A stretch of 64,000 nucleotides of DNA, taken from assembly GCA_051294375.1 (NCBI GenBank), contig JBJCIZ010000836.1, forward strand, positions 21,669-85,668, given 5' to 3'. The stretch is from Paraspadella gotoi. Its lineage: Eukaryota; Animalia; Chaetognatha. Each line of letters opens with the position of its first letter. Positions within the stretch are counted from its first letter, which is position 1. Shown piece after piece: positions 24,414 through 36,689 of the stretch. The notes beneath the pieces are model-generated. The model was not told the DNA's origin. It ran no database searches and saw only the letters and a list, made by a program, of their open reading frames with translations. The translations under genes and the position numbers were made by a program.

Positions 24414-26319
24414 ATGCCCTGCAGCTCTCGGTCGCAGGGAGACGGGCGCTGCCCGTGTGGCGCCGGCGCCATGCCTTACGGCGTCGTTTCTCTCGTTGGT
24501 CTGCTCTCCTTCCTGGAGAGCCTCCGGCCGTCCGCCGAGTTGCTCGGCCGGATAACGGACGCGGGTCCGCCCTATCTGCCTCGCGGCGTCTGGGCCCTTA
24601 TCCGGTCGGCGACCCTGGCGTCGCAATCCGTATCGGGCCTCGCCTACCCGGCCTTGTGCCGGATGGTGCAGGCCCTGATTTCCAGGTGTGGGATCGTTTT
24701 AATATTTCCTTTATCTCCTTCTTTCCTCCTTTTATTTCTCTCAAGCTTTTATTGTTATCAGTTTCATTTGTTTATTTTGATTTTAATTATCACTATCTTT
24801 TTGCTTAAGTTCGAAAATTTTTTTATTTTTGTTTGTTTTCGCCTTTTCTTTTTTTTTTCTAACGAAAAAAATTCTTTCTTTTAGCACCATGGAGTCCGTC
24901 GGCGGCTCCACTTATACTGGGCCCGCCTCGGCGGTCTCGGACGGAACGGGGGCGGCGGGAGACCTGCGCTACTACCGGATTGTTAATCCTGGCGAGCAGG
25001 TCCTCGTCGTCGCCGGGGACGGCGCCGCCGAGATTGTCGCTGAGGCAGTCGTCGGGGCGGCTACGCCTTCCCGGATCTACGTCGGCGACCTGCCCGCACC
25101 CGGTACCATGCGGGCAGGCGACGGGCGCCAACCTCTTCAACGTCCAGTGTAAGTAAGGTGGCGATTATTATTTACTGTTTTCTCAAGTTTTATATATTTT
25201 TTTGGAAATTTACTATATGTATTTTACATTTGCATAGTTATTTTCTTATGTTTTTTTTTGGTTTATTTCAAATTTATTTTCGAATTCACTTATTTCTTTC
25301 TTTCGAATTTAACTTTTGTTCTAAATGCGGGATAATTCTGGGAGGTCTAATGTTTAGTTGTTACGGACGTCCAACATTTAAGAGAAAAAAAAATATTTGT
25401 TTACAGCTCCCAAGTTTGGCCCGAAGTCGGGTTCGAGGATATTTCGCCGGCCGAGGACGACGAGGATGATGACGAGGTCGAGGTGGAGGGGGCTACGGCG
25501 GGCGGCAGCGGGGCCAACGGCGTCGGCGGCCCTTTACTCTCCGCCCAACCCTCTCAGACTTATCAACCGACGCCGCGCTCGGCGTTGATGCAGGCGGCCC
25601 CATCAACGTCGGCGTCTACACCCACGAGTGCCTCGACGGACCTAACGGGGAACTTCGGGCTCCCGGAAACGCCGCTGCAGGACGAGGGACCCTCTAGGCG
25701 TCCGCCCCTTGAGGACTTCCTGTTCAGCCTCTCCGGGAGCCAGGGGTACGACCCCGAGTCAAATTTCGCGCTGCCCGGCCGCGACGTTCTCAACTTGACC
25801 ATGACCACTGTCACGATGACGACGACTCTGACAACGACGACGGCCCTGACCACGACGACGGCGTCGGCCGTCGTTGCGCCAAGCCAGGCCGAGTCCACGG
25901 GCAGCACTTTTCGCGCCTCGGCAACGGCGTACGGCTTCCCGGCGGCCAAGTCCAGCCGCGGGAAGAAACGGCGCCGCCCCGGGAGGCGCGGCTCTTGTGC
26001 CCCCAACACTCCACAGCCGTGGAGTGGGCATCACCATCATGCGCCGTGGGGGCAGGGTCACGGCCGTGGTCAGCCGGAAGGGCAGCAACATGCGCCGCCC
26101 TACGGCTATAACGGCGCCCAGATGGCGGCCACGGCCGTCTCCAATTGGCGTCCATGCGCCGACGCCCACCTCTACTCCACCCCATGCCGCATCGCTGGGG
26201 ACGTCAATAACCCAACGTGCGTGCACCGCCTCGGTGGAGGTGGGGCGCGCAGTCGCGGCAATGGCGGTCACGGCGGGTCGGGTTGGCCGCGCGGGGAGGG
26301 CCGCGGCCCCCTCTCTTAA
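24414..26319 (+). CDS. Spliced orphan gene (~482 aa), low-complexity, with a C-terminal Cys/His motif and Gly/Arg tail. Exons 24414-24685, 24885-25148, 25407-26319
   Basis: Two phase-2 GT-AG introns link ORFs 24309-, 24829- and 25483-26319 in frame. Has an acidic patch, a Thr run, NLS-like GKKRRRPGRR and CADAHLYSTPCRIAGDVNNPTCVH. An extra upstream exon is possible. Confidence 0.65.
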
Positions 26320-26833
26320 ATGTATATGTATGTGTATAGCATTGTTAGCTTTTAGTTTATCTTATTCCCTTTTTCTCTTTTTTGTTTAGACTTAGCTATT
26401 GCTTGACACTGTTATTTTTTTTGTTTATTGTTATCGAATATTGATTTTGACTGTTTTTTTTTTTGATTATGCCTGTTTGCTGTGTTTACTAATTTTTCAT
26501 GTTTACTGCCATAATAAATATTGACGTAGAAGTTTTTATTGAAAAAAAGGTGGAAATTATTATCTTCTTCTAGCATTTTGTTTAGTCTCGACATCTTAAA
26601 GAGTTAGCTCGATTTAGTGACGAGAGAAAAGGAGACGAGAGTGTTTATAAATGTACTTAATTGTTTGGTCGCCGAATCTTTTCAGCTTCAAGGCGACAAA
26701 CAGAAAGGGAAAGGAAAAAAAAAGGCGAAAGTCGGTCTGTCCTCATGTTATTTTTTTTTTCGACGGCTGAGTTAAATTTCGGAACGGGAGAGAACCGAAA
26801 GCGGATAATATTTTTTGTAAAATCGGGTGACGT

Positions 26834-29800
26834 TGTGGACGCAACAAAGTTTCAGAGTAAGAATGATTTATTCTTCAACAACGTTATAAACAATAACAGT
26901 CAAAATGCTCAGATGCTAAGTCTTATTACAATGGTATTTACAAAGGTCAACGTTTGACCATAAAGGTCAACGTTTTGACCATAAGTAAGTTGGGGGAATT
27001 GCAGCGAGATAAGTTTGGTAAGGTCATGTGGTTTGACGAGGGTTGCGTGTTCTTGATGTTCGTCCACACATCCCCCCAAGCCTTTGACCGGGTGGGGAGA
27101 AGGCTTGAGAGTATTGAATTGCATCGTCTTTTTCATCGTATCTTCCGGCGGCTTGAAGCATCGCGGAAGGATGTGAAAGACCAGGTATTGATGCAGATTG
27201 TCGACGAGCGATTTGGCGGCGTCGTGGAAAACGCGAGTGGCGCGCTTCCGTTTCCGGAGGTGGGTGCGGGGCGGGGCTGCAGTGGTAACGACGCGGGGGC
27301 GACCACGTGTCGCGCCTGCGTGCGGATGCGGGGGTGCGGATTCGTCGGTGACGACGGGTTTCAGTCGATCGACGGAGATACTTCGACGCCGCGGCCGGTA
27401 TTCATTTTGAAAGTTTTTGGGCCACGTTCGAGGACGTTGTAAGGGCCGTCATAGGGCGGTTGGGCGGCGTCGAATGCCACGCGTCGGACATAGACGCGTG
27501 TTGACGTCTGCGAATGTTTCCGCGGACATGAGAAGGCTCGCGCATGCCAAGCGGCGGGCAGAGGGCTGCATGAGAGCGACATCTGCGCGGAGATCGTCGA
27601 GGATTCGCGGAGCGAGCGGCTGGCGTCGGCGTCGTTGTCGGGACTGGAAGTAGCTCGGCCAGGAGCGTCAGCGTCTCGCCAGCGTTAATTCGCGCGGGGA
27701 GGCGTCCGAGTCTTCTCGTGGTGTTGCGCGGAGACTCAGAGAGTCCAAGGGAGTTGCGCCAACCAGTTATTTCCAGCGCGCGTCGCAGCGGGCCCGAGGC
27801 CGCTTTCAGCGTCCGATGAAGGCGCTCGACCATCCCGTTGGATGGGGTGGTAGGCGTTTCGTCGTGGAAGGGTCAAAGCCGAACTACCGCCGCCACTTGG
27901 CGCCCATATTTTCGACGTGAATTGGGCGCCACGATCGGTGGTGACGATCGGACGGGACGCCAAAACGCGAAACCCAGTTTTGTAGGAAGGCGGCGGCGAC
28001 GAGTGCGGCGGAGATTGTCGCAAGTGGTGCCGCTTCCGGCCAGCGCGTGAAGACGGTCAATCATCGTCAGAAGATGAGTATGACCAGAGACGGCTGGCAG
28101 CGGCCCCACCAGGATCGATATGAACGTGAGCGAAACGTTGGCTGGTGGTTCGAATTTCTGGAATGGCCGCGCGGACGTGGCGCTGCGTCTTGGCGCGCTG
28201 ACAAGTGTCGCATGACCCTGCCATCGTCCGATGTCGGATGAGGCGATGGCCATACAAGCGCGTCGTCACGAGCTTTTTGGATCGCGCGAACTCCCGGTGG
28301 GCGATTGCCATGGGTGGCGTCGAAAACGCGCCGGCGCCATGACGCTGGAACAATGTGGCGGCTCGGGAGCCGTGAGATGTCGCAGCATGAGTGTCGTGTT
28401 GCTGATTGGAATGTTTTTGAGTCGGAGCCGCGTATGAGGGTCGTTTGAGGAGCCGCTGGACATCGTCGTCGGTGGCTTGATCAGCCGCCATTGCCTCAAA
28501 GTTGACTTGGAAGGCGCCGACGGCGTTGACGGTGGCGGCCGATGTCCTCACGCTCTTTTTGCGCGTTCAAGATCGCTTCAGGTTGATCTGTAGGGATTGT
28601 CCGCGTGGCGGCGCTGACGGAGGAAGTTGGCGGGCGGGAAGAGGCATCGGCGACGACGTTCGCCTTTCCGGCGATATGACGGATGTCGCCGGTATTTCGG
28701 CGATGCCCGCCAGTTGATAGGTTTGCCTCATGGTGTGATGCTCGGCCTTTTTCCGCAGCGCCGGCACGGAGCGAGATGTGGTCGCTAAAAAGTGTGAAGC
28801 GGCGTCCTTCGACGTATGGGCGGAAATGGCGAATTGAGCGTGGGCGGCGAGAAGCTCCTTGTCAAAGGGTGCCATTTCGTTGATTGGGTTTCAGGGCTTT
28901 GAATGAAAAACCCAGGGCTGCCATTGGCCCGTCAACAAGCTGTTCGAGGACGGCGCCTCGACGAGCGACGTCAGGAGGCGTCAACCAGTGGAGCAAGGGG
29001 AGGCGCCGTCGATAGGGTGGACCAGCATTTGTAGAGTCGGCTGAGGGCGTCCTTGATTGCCTGGAAAGCGGCGGTCTTGCGGGGCCGCCCATTTTAGCGC
29101 GCGCGGTTTTCCGCGGAGAACTTCAAGAAGGTCGGTCGAGATGATGTGCGGCGTGGGGCACGAATCGGCAGGTAGTAGTTGAAAACCCCAAGAAAGCGTT
29201 GAAGTTCTTTTACAGTAGTGGGCGTGGCCATCTCGCGTAAGCGCTCTCACCTTTGACGGAAGTGGGCGGACGCCATCTTTGTCGACGTGTAGCAAGAAAC
29301 TCCAGGCTGGAGGCACCGAAAACGCATTTAGCGGCGGTTGACAATGAGCGCCGTTGTCGGCGAGCGCGTTGAAGACAGCTTTGAGATCCTCTTGATGCTC
29401 TTCGTGTGAGTGGATGCCACAAAGCAGGTCATCCAAGTAAGACGAAGACGTGGGGAATTGCGCATAGGACTTTGGTCCATCATGCGTTGGAAATCCGCCG
29501 GCGTTTTTCAACCAAATGCATTGAAGAGGAAACTCTAAGGGCCGGCCGAACGGCGTAAAGATGATTCGCCGTTTTCATGACATCTTCTTTCGCGACAGGG
29601 ATCTGATGATATCCCTTTGCAGAGGTCGATCTTCGAGAAGACTGTCTTCCCGGCGACGTCGGCGTTGAAGTTCCATAGAGTTGGCGGATCGGTAACGGTC
29701 ATCGACGGTGACGCCGTTGAGACGTCGATAGTCACCGCAAGGACGAAGAGAGCCGTCGGGTTTCCGAGTGAGTGTAGCGGCGACGCCCAGGCGGCGTTGA

Positions 29801-32262
29801 GCGCCGGATAATCCCGAGTTCCAGCATTTTTCTCGAACTCGGCCTTGGCGGCAGCGAGCTGATCTGGGGCGCAAGGGCGGCGGGCCGGGCAAATACGGGC
29901 GGACCTTTCGTTGGAATATGATGCTCGACAACCGTGCTTTGGTGGTGCCGAGTTTGAAGACAGTTTGGTAGTTTCTGGTCGCCCATCAAAAAGTCCAGAG
30001 TAAGGCGTCGCGAACGTGTTAGAACGCGGGGGCGGCGCAGCGGCGGCGGCGTCGTGGGCATGGCCGGAAATGACCATGTAGTCATCGAGGTCGAGAGAGA
30101 ATACGGCGTTGATGTATCAACGCCGAGATGGTGCTCCATCAAAAGTTCACGCCGAGGAATGGGCGTGGCGACGTCGGCGATGATAACGAGATAGGAAAAA
30201 CGCGTTTTCCCAATCTAATCCCCATCTCTCGGATGCCGAAGGTTTCGATGGGCGTGTCTGTGGTCACGGCGCGGAGTGGCGGGGGATTAGCTAGCGGCGG
30301 AGCGCCGCTTTGACAGCGGCGGGGTCCGCTTTTGGCGCGGCGCGTATCGGACGGGAGGCGGGGATGAGCGCGCCTCGGAACCGCCGTCGACGAGCCACTC
30401 CAGGCCGCGTCGGGGTCGCGCACAAAGAAGAGTTTCGAGTCGTTTTCGGCCGGCGACACGGGCGACTATCGGCCGCCGGCGTTGGCGTTTGACGCGTGCC
30501 ATGGGCATGGGCGGCCATCGCGGTTAGTCCCGTGGCATTTGAATGCGTTTGGTGCCAAAGTATATAGTGGTAGAAGCACTTGGCTTCTCCCATGGGCGGT
30601 TCGCGGGCTGGCTGAGAGCGGGGCGTCAATGTTGGGCGCCGTTGCTGCTGCTATGCGCTGCTGCATTGGCGCTGTTGTGATGGGCCGCTGCTGCGAGGAG
30701 GGGCGTTGTGTTGCGGCGTGGCGGCGGTCGTCGTACTGCGTTTGCGTATGAGATGGCAGCAGGTCGTCGTCGCTTGCCGATTCGTCCTTGAATCGCCAGT
30801 GGCTCGTCCACTGCGACTTCGATGGAGGTGACGGCGTCACCGAGATGAGGGCGATCAGAGGCTTGCGGAGTTGTCCGGAAGGGAGAAAAACTCATCGGCA
30901 TCTTTGCGATGTCGACGGGCCGTCTTGTCCTTTCTGACGGCGTGCTCTCGGACGTCTAGAGAGGGCAGGCGGAGCGGCAATATGGGCAGCCTGATGTTGT
31001 CGATTGTGAGGCCTTCAAGGACGGCGTCGATCGCGGAAGGTGCTGAGAAGGTTTTGTGACGCCTTTCAGCGTCGTCATCTTCAGCGCCGTTTGCGGCGCG
31101 CGCTGTTGGCATCTTCACCAATATATTTTTTGCAAGTGGAGAACCAGGTTTTATGAGGCGTTGGGACATCTCGTCGATGCGGAGACCATGTGGAATAAGT
31201 CGGTGCGGGGAGATGGGAATGGCGTGAGGATTAGTGGCCTTCTTCTCGCCGGTCGGTGACGCCGGTGGCGCCAAATCCACAGCGGCGGTGGTCGAGCCAT
31301 CTTACGATGTGTGTCATGGGTCGAGCGTCGTGAGTTTTTGGATTCCTCCTTCTTGCCCGTAGTGGGGCTGGAGGAAGGTCGAGGATTGGTTTGGCGTTGC
31401 CGCGGGGCGGCGTCGCTGACGCCATCTTCACTGATGGGGGCAAACTCCGTAGAGGCGGTTGCTGCATCCGCTGAGAGGGAGTTGGTCTTTCGATGACCGA
31501 GGCGAGTTTTTCGTTTATTTCAAAATCATGGAATAGTTTTTCGATTTGCGTCTCGGTAGACGTCGCGGATGTCGAGGCGGCAGCGTGTGGAAAGCATCGT
31601 CGCGGCCGCGCGTCGAGTGGGCATGGCGTTGGCCGTTGTTACGGGCATCGTTGGTTTCCTCTTCGTCGGCCGGCGTTGCAGGCGTGAGACCTTGGATGAT
31701 GAGGACGGCGGCATTTATAAAAAAGATTTAATGAAAAAATTTATTTGCGTTAAAAATGATTTTATTTTTTAAAAAAATGATTAGATTTTGAAAAGGAAAA
31801 AAAAAGATATTCGTTTGAAAAAATGATTTGAGTTGAAAACTGGTTTGAAAATTGATTCGAATCGAGATTTTGGAAAAAAAAATAATTTGGCCAAAGAAAA
31901 ATTAAAAATAAAAAAAAAACGCCGCAAAAGTTTGTTTCGTTTTCGTGAGTTGTAGTTTTTTCTTTTTCTTTTTGTTTTTTGTTTGTATATTTTTTTGTTT
32001 TTGTTTTCGTTTTTTACATCGGCTAAACCACGTTGGACCGGCAACAAGTTTCAGAGTAAGTAATGATTTATTCTTCAACAACTTATAAACAATAACAGTC
32101 AAAATGCTCAGATGCTAAGTCTATTACAATGGTATTTACAAAGGTACGTTTGACCTAAAGGTCCACGTTTTTGACCATAAGTAAGTTGGGTGGAATTGAG
32201 CGAAGTAAGTGGTAGTCATGTGGTTTGACGAGGGTTGCGTGTTCTTGATTGTTCGTTCCACA
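26834..32262 (-). mobile_element. Full-length Ty3/Gypsy (CsRn1-type) LTR retrotransposon, family B, indel-riddled
   Basis: LTRs 26834-27068 and ~32033-32262, 4-bp TSD ACGT, PPT (ggggggatg on minus) at ~27069-27077, Trp-type PBS ~32016-32030. Gag/PR/RT/RH/IN fragments are collinear with the intact pol. Confidence 0.92.
27100..31714 (-). pseudogene. Frameshifted gag-pol of family B
   Basis: Fragments WLVDGGSEA, LRPCGDYRRLN, YLDDLL, PFDKELLAAH, CDTCQRAK, TTDRGAQFTS, VERLHRTLK and PYDGPY occur in shifting frames. Confidence 0.85.
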
Positions 32263-32268
32263 ACGTTA

Positions 32269-32830
32269 AAACATAAGTAATTCTGGTCGCGAACATGAGT
32301 AATCAGGGACGCGAACATAAGTAATCAAGGTCGCGGTCGCTTTATAAAGAAAATACGACTTTTTGTCGTAGTAATAAAGTTGAGTCGCTAGCATTTTTTT
32401 TATCGCGTATTTCGCGAGAACTCGCACGAGGCAAAGTTACGATGAATCATGGCTCGCGTCTGACGTCAGCAGGGGGCGGTTTTCGTAGGCGGAGCACTGG
32501 CCAGTTGCTCAGCCTTGGACTGGAAAGAACGCCGGCTCCGTGCGATGAAAAAAAAAAAATATCCGGGGCGCCAGAGAAGTGGCGCGGCGACTTCCGGTGG
32601 GGCGGGGCGTTTCCAGGCGGCGCCGCCGCACTCTCAAAGTCGTCGGTAGCCGAGGCTCGCACCCATCTGGCTATCTGGTTGCCAACCGACCTTGATTGTT
32701 TATGTTTATTATTCTCTCATTTCTCAGCCGGCGCTAAAGGGCGTTGTCCGCCTCTTTGCGCAACTTTCTCATTGTGCGTCTGTGAACCACGCGACGCGCG
32801 GCGCCATCTTCTGGTTCTACTAAATATTCA
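32269..32830. promoter_or_regulatory. CpG-rich regulatory-like region with 22-bp tandem repeats and clustered TF motifs
   Basis: 3x aacat(a/g)agtaat...cgcg (32269-32335), TTTCGCG 32410, TGACGTCA 32461, ACTTCCGG 32590, GGGGCGGGGC 32599, CGCCATCTT 32802. Confidence 0.45.
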
Positions 32831-33038
32831 TCGCCTTTTTATTTATAACAGACGCTCGTTCATATTTTGGGTATAATTTGAACTCAAGCGATTTGACTTT
32901 ATTCGCCTTTTTTTTGTACAAATTTCGCCAAATCAAAACTTTTTCTCCTATTTCATATTCGATTATATTAGTTAAAATTAAACTAGGCGTCGTTTCTATA
33001 TTACGAGCCCGGCATATTTTATGTAGTAGGGCCTCAAT

Positions 33039-33300
33039 TCAAAAATTTTTCTCTGCCAAATAACTCTCACTCGAGCCCTCTGGCGGTTCCGCTTCGGCGG
33101 TTTGAGAGCAAGGTAAGACCGGATCACGCCCATAGAAAAGTTGGTGGGGTGAAACTAGCAAGTCGTTTTCGATCTTTATGGGGGCAAGATTTATCGCCCT
33201 TACCACCGAACGCCAAGTTTTAGTCCAAGGCTGTCCCGATGGTTGTAAACGCCGAAAAAGATCGATTAGGGTAGCGTTAACCTTCTCAGACAAATTCGAA
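33039..33300 (-). pseudogene. Retroviral-type (rve) integrase fragment, C-terminal half of the core
   Basis: NLSEKVNATLIDLFRRL...W...VVRAIN...SPHQLFYGRDPVLP fits the E-x-x-N-x-T-L...W...A-x-N...SP..L.YGR.P.LP pattern. Distinct from the CsRn1 integrases in this window. Confidence 0.7.
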
Positions 33301-33460
33301 TTTTTTTGTGATGGTCTGAAGAAGTTACAAGTAAAGTGAGAAGGAAATCTTTCGGGGCCAACTTTAAAACGCGTTTTTGCTGAGACGGAGTCAATTTTTT
33401 AATTTGTTTCAAAAAGGGAAAATTTTTTCTGAACCTGTCGACGGCCGCGTCGTTGCTCAT
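33266..33460 (-). CDS. Small basic ORF resembling the N-terminus of the Polinton/adintovirus 'gasderminX'-type protein
   Basis: RFRKNFPFLKQIKKLTPSQQKRVLKLAPKDFLLTL resembles, from memory, the R..N..FL..L....P.QRK.IL..A.KD.I..L pattern. Good ATG context and TATA-like sequence upstream. Confidence 0.45.
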   Translation of the reverse strand: MSNDAAVDRFRKNFPFLKQIKKLTPSQQKRVLKLAPKDFLLTLLVTSSDHHKKIRICLRRLTLP

Positions 33461-33702
33461 TTTTTTACAAAATACACTTGAGTGAAATAGGGATCTGAGG
33501 GTAAAAAGTTACTTATATACTGAATTTTTTGATTACCTAGATTATGAATATTTATCAATTTTAGTTGAACTTATCCTGAGCTTTGATATCGTCAAATATT
33601 TCGACCAAACTGAGAGGATGGCGAGGTTCCAATTGTCGACCCTGGTTAATGAGGGAGGAACGATCTCGTCTCAAATTGCATAAAATTAAATATAAACATT
33701 GA

Positions 33703-36222
33703 GCTATAAAACTTTTTTGCCTCATTTTTTTGGCTCTGGCCGTCGCCGATCAACCGTGGTTCCGTCGGCAAAATGAATCTCAGAGATTCTACGTTAGTTT
33801 ATTGTCATAAGTTAATTGGGAATTTAAGTTTGCGAAAATATTTAAATTAACTATTTTTTCCTTTCTTTCCCTCCCCCCACCTTTTTCAGAATTGTATCGA
33901 GAGATATTGCGGCGAAGGAAAGACGGAATGTAAGCGAAAAGAGAGAGAAAAGAGGAAGAAGCCAACCAACTAACGCCATCTACGTTTTTTCTTTTGTCTC
34001 TTGGCAGCCTTCATACGTCGACAGTGTTGGCGCTTTACCCGCGCCGTGCTAGAGCGCTTTCGTCAGATGCTGTGAGTTTATTTTTTTTCGCCTCGAAATC
34101 TTAATCTTTCGCCTCGAATTTTTAATCTTTCGCCTCAAATTTTTAATGTTTCGCCTTGAATTTTTAATCTTTTGCCTCGAATATTTTTTCATCTCTCAGA
34201 GCTCGAGATCGATCCGACGAGGCGACGACGACCACGAAGGAGACGACGACGACGGTGAGAAGGACGACGACGGCGAGAAGGATGACGACGACGACGACTT
34301 GGCGACCGGCGCCGAGGAGGGTGACGACGACGACATCCTGGCGACCGGCGCCGAGGAGGGCGACGACGACGCGGCGACCCGCGCCGAGGAGGACGACGAC
34401 GCGGCGACCGACGCCGAGGACGACGACGATGCGGCGACCGGCGCCAAGGACGACGACAACGACGACGACGTGGCGACCAGCGCCGAGAACGACGACGCGG
34501 CGATCAACGCCCGTCAATTGGCGTCCGGCGCCCGTAGATCGGCGTCCAGCGCCTTCGAATCGGCGACCGGCGCCAGAGGTTAGGCGACCGGCGCCAATAC
34601 CTACTTTTCCATGGCGACCGGCGCCAAGGACGACGACAACGACTCGGCGTCCAGCGCCGAGAACGCCGACGACGATACGGCGACCGGCGCCAAGAACAAC
34701 GCCGCGATCAACGCCCGTCAATTGGCGTCCAGCGCCTTTGGATCGACGACCAGCGTCCGTAGATGGGCGTCCAGCGCCGGAGGATAGGCGACCGGCGCCA
34801 ATAGCCACTTTTCCGTGGCGTCCATTGACGAGGCGACCGGCGCCAAGGACGACGACAACTCGGCATCCAGCACCGAGGCAACCGGCGCCAAGAACGACGA
34901 CTCGGCGTCCAGCGCCGAGAAGGACGACGACGACTCGGCGACCGGCACCGACGACGACGACTAGGCATCCAGCGCCAAGAAGGACGACGACGACTCAGCG
35001 ACCAGCGCCGGAAGTTCGGCGACCTGCGCCGGAGGTTTGGCGTCCAGCGCCTTCGACGAGACGACGAGCGCCCGTACCGACTTTCCCATGGCGACCTTCT
35101 ACACGACGACCAGCGTGGACCAGGAGTGGACGACGCCCGCGCCGCCACCGGGGAGAGTATGGGTGGCGAGGACGCCGGCGTCGCTCGTGGCGAAGCCGAC
35201 TTCGCCAATTTGGGTGGCGCCGTGGCCATCAAGTTGGCGACGGCGGCGACGAACAACAACAACAGCAAAAACATCATCATCCACATCATCCTCAACAACT
35301 ACAACATTCTCTACATCAGCCTCCCCAACAACCTCCACAACATCCTCTACAATATCCTCCACAATAACCTCTACAACAACCTCTACAACAACCACCTCCA
35401 TAACATCCTCTACAACAACATCTACATCATTAACTCCATTAACCTCTACATCAGCCTCTACAACAGCCTCTACATCATCCCATCCATCAACCTCAGCTTC
35501 GTCAACCTCTACATCACTCTCTACTACATCATTATCCACTCCATCAACCTCTACATTTCACTCTACAACAACATCATCCACTCAATTGACCTCTACATCA
35601 TACTCTACAACATCATTCAATCCATCAACCTCTACATCACACTCTACGACAACATCATCCTCTACAACAACATCATCCAGTTCATCAAGCTTTACATCAA
35701 CTCGACCCATTACATCATTCAAACTAACTACTTCAAAAAAGTAAGTTTTCAAAAGTCTAAAAAAAAATTCGCCGCGAAACGCGATTTTTTTGCCACAAAT
35801 ATTTCTAATTTTGCCTCAAATCTTTTTTTTCAGATTCGAAATTCCGAGAACGATGGCGATGACGACGATGGTGATGACGACGAGAACGAGGGTGGAAGAG
35901 GAAGAAGATCAAAGGGCCTTTTGGCAGAGCAGTTTAATGTGAGTAATAATTGATATTTTAAAATTCCAAAAAAAGAAATTGAAACTAGGATAATGATTTT
36001 ATATAAAATATCTTGAATATTTGTTTCTACAGCATCTACATAATAGCTATCGCGAGCGTGGTGGGGGCGCTCGGCGTCTTTGTGGGCGTCGGCGTCGGCG
36101 TCGTCTTTAGGCGCCAACTACGGCGCCTTGTGGACCATGTGCGGCGGCGGCGACGAGGAACTCGAGACGTTGGGGTTTTCGTGGTGGAGGGAGAGGGAGA
36201 AGAAAGAAGAGGGAGGGGGTGA
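33703..36222 (+). CDS. Six-exon type I membrane mucin-like protein. Exons ~33703-33792, 33890-33929, 34008-34071, 34200-35740 (one frameshift near 35125), 35834-35938, 36033-36222
   Basis: Five GT-AG introns with closing phases (0,1,2,2,2). Signal-like IKLFCLIFLALAVAD, Cys-containing head, RRPAPRTTTT repeats, Ser/Thr stalk, TM IIAIASVVGALGVFVGVGVGVVF and an Arg-rich tail. Start ATG is not visible (likely an indel). Confidence 0.65.
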
Positions 36223-36608
36223 GATTGGGAGAGTGGGTGAGAGAAGTGAGAGGAGGCGAGGAGAGTGAAAGGGAGGGAGATGGAGAAGGAGAAGAGGAAG
36301 AAGAAGAAGAAGAAACTGTTTTTGACAGGAGAATTGTATATAATACCATGTAAATATTTTTTGTAGTTTTTTTTTTTAGCTAGGGTTAGTTAGTTTTTCA
36401 TTGTTATACATTGCTATTTTATATTAAATATCAAAAGAATTAACTTCTTTTTTTTTTAATTCTTTTTTTTTTAATTCTTTTTTTAATCTACTATTTCAGA
36501 AGAAGGATTCACAACCGTTTCACAAATGGATAATTCTGATGTATGAATTAAAGAGAAAAGGGATACATTGTTGTAAAAATGTAAATAAATAAATTCTAAA
36601 AATATATA

Positions 36609-36647
36609 TGTGGCAGCAACCACACGTGACCTTCTGTAACCAAACGT

Positions 36648-36689
<42 letters not shown>

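Noticed and set aside
34146-34808. Asp-rich (+) and Val/Gly/Arg (-) ORFs
   Set aside because: Shadow frames of the RRPAP/Thr repeat exon; splice phases select the Thr/Arg frame.
35126-35953. 275-aa ORF rich in Asn/Ile/Leu/Tyr/His
   Set aside because: Alternative-frame shadow of the Ser/Thr mucin stalk; it also runs through a predicted intron.
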